Source of the DNA: Octopus sinensis
Lineage: Eukaryota
Length of the DNA stretch: 11,149 bases
Assembly (NCBI RefSeq): GCF_006345805.1
Contig: NW_021827024.1
Span: 1 to 11,149, forward strand
Direction: 5' to 3'
The notes under the pieces were generated by a model. It made no database searches. It saw only the letters and a program-made list of their open reading frames with translations, and was not told where the DNA came from. Below are positions 1 to 8,792 of this stretch, one piece after another. The position numbers were made by a program, and so were the translations under genes. Each line of letters opens with the position of its first letter. Positions within the stretch are counted from its first letter, which is position 1.

Positions 1-415
1 GGGCATATATACACACAACACGTATAAAATGTATGTCTGTGTATGTACATACGTGTGTATATATATATATCTATATATATATATAATAAAAAAACACACT
101 TATATATATATACATAATTTTATATATATATATATATGTCTGTCTATATAAAACTATTAACCTTTTACTCTTGAAATATGCTGGAGACCTAACATGTATA
201 TACATTATGAACATTCTGGGTCAGATTTTGAAGATGGTGGCGGCCGAAGTACTCAATAGACATAGAATTTATACACATACACACACACACATGCGTTCAC
301 TCACAAGCACAGACTCCCGCCTGCCTCTATACACTTAAATATATACGAAGGACTCTATCTGAATGTTTTAGCACACATCCCTCACCCGCCATATTTGCAG
401 GGAAATATATTATTT

Positions 416-738
416 ACATACACGCATATATACATACATACAAACATATATACATGTATACATACATACACATATACATACATATACATACATGCATTCA
501 CACATACATATATACATGCATACATACATACGTACACATGCATACATACACATGCATACATACATACATAGATGCATACATACACATACATACATATATA
601 CATACAAACACATGCATACATACATGCATACATACATGCATACATACATACATACATACATATATACATACATACATACATACAAACACATACATACATA
701 CATGCATACATACATATATACATGCATACACACGCACT
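416..738. repeat. Degenerate (CATA)n microsatellite
   Basis: Long CATA/CATG/CACA array; the source of the MYVC/HTYI ORFs. Confidence 0.95.
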
Positions 739-763
739 CAATATATATTCTTTCTTTTTTCTT

Positions 764-952
764 CTCTTTTATTTGTTTCAGCCATTTGACTGTGGCCATG
801 CTGGAGCATCGCCTTTAGTCGAACAAATCAACCCAAGACCTATTCTTTGTAAGCCTACTATTTATTCTATCGGCATCTTTTGCCGAACCACTAAGTTACA
901 GGGATGTAAACTCACAAACATCGGTCGTCAAGCGATGGTGGGGTTACAAACA
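764..952 (-). mobile_element. SINE family B, 3' half (element with internal TG microsatellite)
   Basis: TTGTTTCAGCCATTTGACTGTGGCCATGCTGGAGCA..CGCCTTTAGTCGAACAAATC...GCCGAACCACTAAGTTAC...AAGCGATGGTGGGG, followed by (CA)n; homologous to 2551 and 4881. Confidence 0.9.
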
Positions 953-956
953 TACA

Positions 957-993
<37 letters not shown>

Positions 994-999
994 TCGAAA

Positions 1000-1183
1000 G
1001 CCAGTCATTTTGAGGGGAGGGGGAAAATCATATCGACCATAATACTCGACTGGTGCTCTATCTTATCGATTCCGAGGGGATGATAAGCAAAGTCGATGTC
1101 AGTGGGATTTGAACTCACACTCGGAATAAATGCCGCTAATCATTTTGTCCGACGCTCCACCGATTCTGCCAACTCGCCATCTT
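1000..1183 (-). mobile_element. tRNA-derived SINE, family A (octopus-type)
   Basis: Minus head GGCGAGTTGGCAGAATCGG (A box-like), B box GAGTTCAAATCCC (plus 1104-1116), body with GTCGAT motifs shared with other copies in the window. Confidence 0.85.
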
Positions 1184-1527
1184 ATATTCTCTGTAGAACA
1201 TGAAACACCTTTTTGATATTTCTCAAATACTTAACGTTGTTCTTGATAGGACCTGCTTTGTCTTGGAATTTCAACTGCTGATGGAATCGTGAGGGCAATG
1301 GAGGGATATGCAGCGGGTCTTTGGCATTTTTAGGCCTCTCTCTACTAGGTCTGATCACAACCGATTTTATCCATAGAGAAAGAATGAGCGAAAGAAAGAT
1401 AGTGAGAACGAGAGAAAGAGGGGGAGAGGGGAAAAGAGAGTGAGAGGGGAAGAGAGAGAGAGAGAGATAGAGAGAGAGAGAAAGTGTGAAAGAAAATAAC
1501 AAGAAGAAGAAAAATCGATGCCAGAAT

Positions 1528-1657
1528 ATGACTAGTGATTTATTTATCGACCCCGAAAAGCAAGGATGACCTTCGGCAGCATATGAATTTAGAACATTGA
1601 GTTTTGGAACGAACAACACAAAACAGTTTATTCGACGCTCCAACGAGTTGGCCATTT
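1528..1657 (-). mobile_element. SINE family A, diverged copy
   Basis: TTTATCGACCCCGAAA...GACGCTCCAACGA..TTGGCCA aligns to the copies at 1000 and 1711. Confidence 0.75.
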
Positions 1658-1710
1658 CGTTTTCTTATACGTAATTCTTTCTACTAAACCTGAAACTTTA
1701 GAGGAGGTTG

Positions 1711-1882
1711 AATAGTCAATTAGATCGACCCCAGTACGCAACTGGTACTTAATTTATCAACCTCGAAAGGATGAAGGGTGAAATTGACCTCGGTGGAATT
1801 TAAACTCAGAGTATAAAATGCCGGAAGAAATGCTGGCAAGCATTTTGTCCGGAGTGCTAACGATTCCGCTATCTCGTCATCT
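1711..1882 (-). mobile_element. SINE family A
   Basis: GATCGACCCCAGTACGCAACTGGTACTTAATTTATC...GACCTCGGTGGAATTTAAACTCAG...GCTAACGATTCCGC, with the B box region on the minus strand. Confidence 0.9.
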
Positions 1883-1909
1883 TGCATCCTTGTACATATT
1901 CTTTCTAAT

Positions 1910-2115
1910 TTTGGCACAAGGCCAGTAATTTAAAGGGAGGAGGCAAGACGGTTATATCGCCCCCCCCCCGCCGTGCTCAAATAGTACTTATTTTATCGAT
2001 CCCCGAAAGGATAAAAGGTAAGTTTGACCTCGGCGGAAATTGAACTCAACATAAAGCCAGAAAAAATGCCAATAAGCTCTTCGTCCAGCGCGGCCGACGA
2101 TTGTGCCAGCTCCCT
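1910..2115 (-). mobile_element. SINE family A, near full length
   Basis: Tail GGCACAAGGCCAG, body TTTATCGATCCCCGAAAGGAT...GACCTCGGCGGAAATTGAACTCA, head ACGATTGTGCCAGCTC. Confidence 0.9.
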
Positions 2116-2147
2116 GTTTTTGCCTCCTGATACATATTAACAACAAC

Positions 2148-2185
<38 letters not shown>

Positions 2186-2550
2186 TTGGAGGAAGATAGA
2201 GAATCTGTCAAAGGGCAAATATTCTTTAAATACACGATATCATCGCAGTACTTGGCACCTCCGGTGGCATCGATGTTGAAAGATGTAGCGATTTGCAGTC
2301 GACAGCTGATGATGGGAATATCCCGCTGCGAAAGCTGCACGTAGAGAAATATCTGTTGATTCTATTTATCTGGGAATAAATCCAAACACTACTAATATTC
2401 TTACAAATCCATGTCAGGTTGTTGTCTGCTATTAAAACGAAGCAAAAGAAAACAACTCAACAGTTGCAACATTTGTTACCTTCCTTTAATTTACTCTTCT
2501 CATTTGTTTCCTCGCCAGATGGCGCGCGTAATGATTATGCTCATGAAATC

Positions 2551-2750
2551 TTTTTTGGTTTCTATTTATTCCTTCAGGTGTTGGACTGGGGTCATGCTGG
2601 AGCACTGCATTAAAGGGTTCAGTCAAACAAATAGACCACAGTGCAAATTTTTAAAGTCTGGTACTTATTGCATCTCTCTTCAACCGAACCGCTAAGTTAC
2701 AGGAATGCAAATATACCAACGCCTATTGCGAAGCGGTGGCGAAGACAAAC
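2551..2750 (-). mobile_element. SINE family B, 3' half, diverged
   Basis: CATGCTGGAGCAC...CAAACAAAT...CCGAACCGCTAAGTTACAGGAATG..AAGCGGTGG followed by (CA)n. Confidence 0.85.
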
Positions 2751-2752
2751 AC

Positions 2753-2784
<32 letters not shown>

Positions 2785-2914
2785 ACATATATAAAATATA
2801 TATATATATATATTTACTCCCTTCTCTCTCTCTCTCCCCCCTATTGCCTTCGTCCCTTTCTTCCCCTCTCTCTTTGATTCCTTGCTCCCTGCCTTCCTTT
2901 TTCTTTCTCTTTCT

Positions 2915-3365
2915 TCCGTCCTCTCACGTGACTGCGTTGAAACCGCCACTTCGGCCTGACCGCAGCCATGTTGTCTTCGTTTGAGCCGTTGAAGGCCTTT
3001 TTCATTTACGCCGCCAGATAAGTTAATAATTGTCTAAAGTCGTATGACGCTTCTGTCCTTTGTACTGTCCACCTTCGTGTTTTTTATTTCTGTTTTATAT
3101 ATATTTTTGTTTCTGTTTTTACATTCGTGTGGCATCCTGTCCTTGTTCCGTGTACATTCGGCCTCTGGCCAGGGAGTCCAATGCTTGTGGCTTGGAGTGT
3201 CCTTGGGGGGCTGGCCGTTTCGGAGTGATATCGAGATTAAACAGCCGAAATCACTAAGATGATCCGGTTCCCGACTGAGGATCAGAGGCTTCGAGTGACC
3301 TGTCGTTTTTTTGTGTCGTCTCCTTGTGTTCTTGTCTACTTAGTAATTTATATTTTATGTTAAAT
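2915..3365 (+). mobile_element. Unclassified interspersed repeat (family C), longer copy
   Basis: Core 3207-3299 aligns without gaps, 70/93 nt, to the reverse complement of 5355-5447. It has a T-rich tail ending at a (TA)n run. The left boundary is uncertain. Confidence 0.6.
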
Positions 3366-3489
3366 TGCATATATATATATAATATATATATATATAGTGA
3401 GAACGAGAGAGAGAGAGGGGGGAAGGGGAAGAGAAAGAGAGAAAGAGTGAGAGAATATATGAAGAAGAAGAAGAAAAATTGATGCCAGA

Positions 3490-3559
3490 ATATGACTAGT
3501 GCTTTATTCATCGACCCCGAAAAGCAAGGATGACTTTCGGCGGCATATGAATTTAGAAC
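3490..3559 (-). mobile_element. SINE family A fragment (local duplicate of the 1528 copy)
   Basis: 3465-3559 matches 1501-1595 at 90/95 nt without gaps. Confidence 0.8.
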
Positions 3560-3675
3560 GCAGAATTGTTAGGAGCGTCGGATAGGATGTGTTACATTCT
3601 CTGATTTCAAATCCTTCTGAGGCCCAACTTTACCCTTTCCTCCTTTCAATATCGATAAAGTATCAATCTAGTACG
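3560..3675 (+). mobile_element. SINE family A, old plus-strand copy
   Basis: CAGAATTGTTAGGAGCGTCGGA head, TGATTTCAAATCC B box-like, then ACTTTACCCTTTCCTCCTTTC..TCGATAAA. Confidence 0.65.
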
Positions 3676-4340
3676 GAAGTCTAGTCTTCTTTTCCTCCCA
3701 TCAGGAAGAAATCGGTTGCGTTCGAACCTGAAGAGGGATGCGCTTCTCCAAAAATTAAGATGCTCAGAATACGCATATGTCTGTCTGATGCCTGCATACC
3801 TGTCTGTTTGTCTGTCTTTCTATCTCTACCCCCACCTCTCTCTATCTGTCCGTCTACCTGTCTGTTTTGTCAGACTAACAGTTTGTTGTTAGATAACGTG
3901 AAATGCTGTGGTGGAAGGGATTGACTGTCTATCAGCCAGAATCTACCAACATTAAGATACGGGGTAAGAACAGGAAAAGGCCCCTGCCGCAAATAAACCC
4001 TACAACCATACAAATATACAAAAAAAAAAACGCGCTGCTTATCAAAGCCCATGATATTTCTTGCAGACCGTGTTGAATTTATCATTGTATTCCCGTGACA
4101 ATTACGGCTACATAGGAAAAAAAATTACATAAGCTGAGGTGAATGTGAAGGAATAATAATGGGAGTCTCTAGCAGGACGTTGAAATGGTGGATGAGACAA
4201 ACCTCTAAAGGCATCGATAATGTCTCAGGGTATTTACCGCCCCTTAATTCGAACCTCCCCAACACCAAAGCCGCTGTTAATACGCACGCGCAACGCGCAT
4301 GTACACGCCGATCATACATGCGACTTAACACAGAAGCCGC

Positions 4341-4375
4341 TCCACAGTCATTCGATCTGCTAGAAATAGCAGCTG
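4341..4375 (+). repeat. Short dispersed repeat D fragment (others at 6243-6295 and 7880-7935)
   Basis: GATCTGCTAGAAATAGCAGC / GATCTGTTAGAAATAGCAAC / AGAAATAGGAGCTAAATCCCTCTCAAATCAC: three related copies in the same orientation. Confidence 0.6.
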
Positions 4376-4426
4376 CTAAACTGTCCTCATTATACATTAT
4401 ATTTAAAAGGATTTATTCAAATTAGT

Positions 4427-4486
4427 ATTGTACGTATGTTTCAATAACTTGGTCATAAAACAAGTAGCCATAATTTCTTCAGCAAT
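4427..4486 (-). ncRNA. Minimal type I hammerhead ribozyme candidate (Penelope-like-element type)
   Basis: The minus strand reads AUUG-CUGAAGA-(33-nt imperfect stem II, starting AAU/AUU)-GAAAC-AUAC-GUA-CAAU. All core nucleotides are present, with stem I AUUG/CAAU, a 2-bp stem III, a GUA cleavage triplet, and AATAAA shortly downstream (plus TTTATT 4412-4417). Confidence 0.65.
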
Positions 4487-4522
4487 TGATGTTTAAAATA
4501 AATGTTAAACAAAGAGGAAAAA

Positions 4523-4628
<106 letters not shown>

Positions 4629-4880
4629 GTGCGTGTATCAGGAATTTCCTTTCTGGCTCAATGGAAGAATTCCTGCGCTGATAAAACCGAGCCTTAAAAT
4701 CTTGTTCCGATTATTATTCGTAAGATTTCGATAAAAGAGATTTTGCCAAGATTTTATTTCGGCGCAGCATACAAACAATTCTCGCCGAGAATTGCCATAA
4801 AGTGAACGATTCCGAGATGTTCGACACAATTACTGATTGGCGAAGAAACTGAATTAGACTGTAGTCTAGCTTTCTGATTG

Positions 4881-4958
4881 TTTCTTTTCTTGCTTCAGTC
4901 ATTGGAATGCGGCCATACTGGGGCACCGCATTGAAGTATTTAATCGAACAAATCGACT
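4881..4958 (-). mobile_element. SINE family B, 3' terminal fragment
   Basis: TTGCTTCAGTCATTGGAATGCGGCCATACTGGGGCACCGC...TCGAACAAATCGAC. Confidence 0.8.
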
Positions 4959-5103
4959 GCAGAAAGTATATATATATATATAGGGTGTGTGTGTCAAGTA
5001 GAAGAAAATGGAGAATAAATGGATGTAATTACTGATTTGTTTGCATGTGGTAGGAAGATGAAGTTTTTTAAAAAACATCACGAACAATTGGAACAAATTG
5101 AAA

Positions 5104-5164
5104 TATATATATATTTATATGCATATATACATATATATATATATAATTATATATATATATATAT

Positions 5165-5250
<86 letters not shown>
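5104..5250. repeat. (TA)n microsatellite
   Basis: Near-pure TA run. Confidence 0.95.
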
Positions 5251-5254
<4 letters not shown>

Positions 5255-5255
<1 letters not shown>

Positions 5256-5465
5256 AAATACAAAATGGGACAGAATGCAAAACATCCGGACAACTAGGTA
5301 TACAAAAGGGGACAACAAAACATCCAGATAGACATACAAATAAAACACGGACGAGTCATTCGAAGCGTTTTATCTTCAGTCAAGAACCAGATTATCCTCG
5401 CAATTTCGGCCGATTAATCTTGAGATTGCTCCAATCTGGCCAGCCCCAAGAAAAAACTGTGCTAA
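5255..5465 (-). mobile_element. Unclassified interspersed repeat (family C), second copy
   Basis: Inverted homologue of 3207-3345, with its tail abutting (TA)n at 5104-5250. Confidence 0.7.
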
Positions 5466-5660
5466 GAATACACATCAACACACACACATACACATACGCA
5501 CGCACGCGTGCACACTCACGCACGCACTCAAATATGCACTCACACACGGGCATACGCATGCATGTCTGTTTCTTGGTTCACTTCATGACACAATCTTTCC
5601 ATCTGACACTCTCTGTGTTTCTGTCAGCCTTTATAATTTTATCTCTGTCTGCCTCTGCCT

Positions 5661-5775
5661 GTCGGTCCAGAGCCATAGTATAGTACACTTGTCCAATGTG
5701 CCGCACAGCGGCACTGAACTTCAAACCACATGGTTGCAAAGCGAGCTTCTTAACTACACAGATATGCCTACGCCT
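5661..5775 (-). mobile_element. SINE family B, tRNA-like 5' head
   Basis: Minus: AGGCGTAGGCATATCTGTGTAGTTAAGAAGCTCGC...GAAGTTCAGTGCCGCTGTGCGGCACATTGGACAAGTG, with pol III A/B box-like motifs. Assignment to family B is from recalled consensus. Confidence 0.75.
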
Positions 5776-5979
5776 GATCGATAATATTGTGAAGTGACTG
5801 ATTGCTTGTCAGTCAGAAAGTATTGCGTCACCGAATCGGAAAAGGCATCACTGACCAACAATTCTACAAACGTAGACGAAAAGGTGTTGCTTATGAGGCC
5901 ACATGATAGAAAAAATTGTATTAAGTTAGCTGAGGGCAAAGGTATTTGATCGGAATAAGCGGCGTTGAAAAACTGGGTC

Positions 5980-6090
5980 ATTCCACTCGTTTTGCAGGAG
6001 GCTAAGAGGCCATCATCTCTATAAAGTCCTCTTACTGCAAGGCTCGTGAATATTCTAAAATTGTAGGTGTGAGTTAAATCTTTAAATCTC
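5980..6090 (-). pseudogene. Penelope-like retroelement reverse transcriptase remnant
   Basis: The minus frame ...FTSLAVRGLYRDDGLLASCKTSG (GLYRDDGL = 6006-6029) resembles the GLYRDDGL....SG catalytic motif of one group of PLE RTs. Flanking similarity is weak. Confidence 0.45.
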
Positions 6091-6160
6091 ATTGTATTGT
6101 TTACCTCCCTATTCCCTAATCCTAGCGCCTTACACATCAAAACCTCTATTAATACACACA

Positions 6161-6204
<44 letters not shown>

Positions 6205-6441
6205 ACACATGCACACACATGCACCCACCTACACATATACACGTGTATGCGAAGGCTAGATCTGTTAGAAATAGCAACCAATAGGTTCTCAAATTCTTTT
6301 AAGGTTTCTTTATGGAACTACACGAGATAATGTAGTTCTGACAGAATATCAGTGGATGTTCACGGGTGGCACGCTCCAACGATTCCGACAGCTTGTTGCT
6401 CTTCCAATCTACCGATATCGATCTTAATTTGGAGGATTATA

Positions 6442-6521
6442 TGATGATGATGATGATGATGATGACGATGATGATGATGGGGATGATGTCGATGATGATC
6501 ATTGATGCTGCTGCTGATGTT

Positions 6522-6580
<59 letters not shown>

Positions 6581-6692
6581 GAAATGATGACATTGGCACA
6601 AATTCTGCTAACCTTAACACCTTTCTTTACGCAATTGAAAAGATCGCAGCGGTAGTAGGCGCAGCAGTAGCAGCAGCAGCAGCAGCAGCAGT
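6442..6692. repeat. (GAT)n and (GCA)n trinucleotide repeats
   Basis: GAT run ~6442-6580 and GCA run ~6661-6692. Confidence 0.95.
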
Positions 6693-6824
6693 AACAACAA
6701 GGTGGAAGTGCGGGGGGGGGGTATGGCGATGTGGAAGGCGGCGAGGAAAGCGAAAAGACCTTTTGATGTTGGCTTCCCTCGATTGTTTGAAATCTTTTTT
6801 TCCTCAAATCATATCATCTTACAG

Positions 6825-6873
6825 ATCGTTGTTATTCCATTTTCTCGTCTCGTTCTGTGGAATTGGAGAAGAA
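6825..6873 (+). CDS. Candidate 49-nt internal exon of an unidentified gene
   Basis: Acceptor TTTTTTTCCTCAAATCATATCATCTTACAG| and donor GAA|GTAAGC. All three frames are open (RCYSIFSSRSVELEK, SLLFHFLVSFCGIGEE, IVVIPFSRLVLWNWRR). No homology recognised. Confidence 0.3.
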
Positions 6874-7047
6874 GTAAGCGTGGCATTTATATACTTTATT
6901 CCATTTCTGCTTCGTAAAAATAAGGATGGGGCAGGGGGTAAGTAGGTGGGCGGGGGGCTTGATTTCTTTTCCTTTTGTTTTCTTTTATACTGTCTCTTCT
7001 TTGTTTCATGTTTTTTTAATGGTTTTGTTTTTATTGTTGTGTGTGTG

Positions 7048-7078
<31 letters not shown>

Positions 7079-7212
7079 GTATGTATATATACGTTCAAGT
7101 TCTTTGTACACGTTGTGTTTTCTCTATTTTTGTTTTTTTTTTAAACGTTTCTTTCATATTATTTCTTCATTGTTTCCAGTTTCTTTTCTATTTGTTTTGC
7201 TTTTTTTAATTT

Positions 7213-7243
7213 ACTACTACAACTACTAACTATTACTACTACT

Positions 7244-7295
<52 letters not shown>

Positions 7296-7435
7296 CACCA
7301 CCACCACCACCACCACACCACCATTGTCGTCATTACCATCATCATCATCATCATCTTCTAGCTTGTCTTCTTTTCCTCCTTCTTGAACACTTCTATCACA
7401 ACAACAAAAAAACTACTACTACTACTACTACTACT

Positions 7436-7467
<32 letters not shown>

Positions 7468-7495
7468 GCCGCTGCTGCTACTGCTATTACTACAG
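7213..7495. repeat. Compound (CTA)n/(CCA)n/(CAT)n repeats
   Basis: Runs at ~7213-7358 and ~7413-7495. Confidence 0.95.
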
Positions 7496-7936
7496 CTTTA
7501 CCTCACCGTCAACATCATTGCCTTGTTGTTGTCGCTGTCGTCGTCTGCCATTTGACAGTCTTTATATTTGCAGCCGACACGCGATGCTGTTTCAGTGGAG
7601 GCAGAAGACGAGGCTATATAAGGCCATGTTTAAAAAATAATTATAAATAAATAAAACAAAAAGAATAAAATGAAACAAAGAACAACCAAAAATAATTTTC
7701 TCGTTAACGTTCTGTGTATTTCACACACACACACTCACACACACACACAATACACGCACACACACAAGTACACATTCATACTCACACACATACACGCATA
7801 TACACACATATGCACACACATATGCACACATATACAGACAAACATGCACATATAGACATACGCACATACATACAATACAGGCGCGCAGAAATAGGAGCTA
7901 AATCCCTCTCAAATCACATTATATAGTTCTAAAAAG

Positions 7937-8100
7937 CGGTGGTTCTTAACCTGCTTGTTAGCGCCCCATTGGGGCCCGTTCTGAGCCCAGAAAGGACTGG
8001 TAAATGTTAAAGGGGTGCTATGTGGGAATGCAGGATGTTTAGAATGGGTCGTGATTTTTTTTTCAGAAATATATTTAAACCAGGAACAGTACATTTAGTT
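7937..8100 (+). mobile_element. Possible hAT/Charlie-like transposon end
   Basis: CGGTGGTTCTTAACC matches the CAGTGGTTCTCAACC-type TIR at 13/15. No partner TIR was found, and the right boundary is arbitrary. Confidence 0.35.
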
Positions 8101-8696
8101 GAAACAAATTTCAAAGGAATAAATAAATAATAAGAAAGAAAAGGGCGATGTTATCAGGGAGCAAAAAAACAAAACTGATGATGTGTTTTGTCTGATATAA
8201 TTCCCTTATATAAGTCCTTACTTATTTTTAGATAATTTCCATAAAATTTTCACAGGGCGGTATACTAGTCCACGGAAATTTCTAAAAGAAGGCACGTGCT
8301 GGATGGGGTAATATAACACGAATGATAAATTATTGCCCCAAAATAGCTCCTGTTTGATTAAAATAATCTGCAGTTTAGTTTTCACTTTGTTTTTTGTTTT
8401 GCAAAACGTTGGAAATAGAATTTGTAAAAAGGAAAAATAAAACAGCTCAGAAAATATGCAGTGAAAGAAAACGCCGAGAAAGGTGTATCTCAGAAACGTG
8501 TGCGTTCTACGGTCTGATGTACACGAACGTGTTAAATATGGTTGTCCACAACTATATTTCATTCAACGCTGCTTCGCGAGTCTCTAGCTAATTAATTCTA
8601 GCTTGAGTAAGTTTTGCGAATCAGCAAATGTGCTGTTTACTGTTTTTGTATATAACAACCGATCTTGGAGGGCTGTGAGCAACTGATTCTGTATCT

Positions 8697-8739
8697 GTAG
8701 CTGATGAAGCGTAACGATGCAGAAATGTATGCGTCCTAT
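8697..8739 (+). ncRNA. Minimal type I hammerhead ribozyme candidate, slightly decayed
   Basis: GUAG-CUGAUGA(8701-8707)-A-GCGU-AACG-AUGC-A-GAAA(8722-8725)-UG-UAUG-CG-UC-CUAU. Stem I is GUAG/CUAU, stem II has 4 bp, stem III is AUG/CGU, and the triplet is GUC (8733-8735). Defects: A-A mismatch at 10.1/11.1 and a U-G wobble in stem III. Confidence 0.55.
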
Positions 8740-8792
8740 TGTCTGATGAAATCATTCGTAGACCAACGATGTGTTTTCATACTTATTGCCTA

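Noticed and set aside
231-395. YY1-like motifs (AAGATGGTGGCGG at 231, CCGCCATATT at 386)
   Set aside because: Short motifs with no promoter context or CpG-island-like sequence; chance or a transposon relic is equally likely.
382-1042. Five overlapping 79-156 aa ORFs (MYVC/HTYI-rich)
   Set aside because: Translations of the (CATA)n microsatellite and a SINE; not real proteins.
1182-1380. Exon-like open frames on both strands (DLLCLGISTADGI on +; RPKNAKDPLHIPP on -)
   Set aside because: Mutually exclusive readings with moderate splice sites and no recognisable homology; cannot be supported without transcripts.
1000-2115. tRNA genes at A/B box motifs
   Set aside because: The boxes belong to SINE heads; no cloverleaf can be drawn.
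2299-2359. Hammerhead-like CUGAUGA...GAAA with a possible 7-bp stem I (TCGACAG/CTGTTGA)
   Set aside because: Extra bases lie between stem II and GAAA, and no stem III or correctly placed NUH triplet can be drawn; at best a heavily decayed relic.
2200-2380. GC-balanced unique segment open in several frames
   Set aside because: No convincing splice-site pair or protein family; resemblance to PLE RT is too weak.
3728-3770. CUGAAGA followed by a G-C stem
   Set aside because: GAAA is replaced by AAAA, and stems I and III do not form.
6303-6430. Apparent exon FLYGTTRDNVVLTEYQWMF and 8-bp hairpin 6315-6338
   Set aside because: Overlaps what looks like a decayed minus-strand SINE head (AGCTGTCGGAATCGTTGGAGCGT), and there is no good donor site.
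6360-6945. Poly-His, poly-Asp, poly-Met and poly-Ala ORFs
   Set aside because: Products of (GAT)n and (GCA)n repeats open in several frames, with no domain context.
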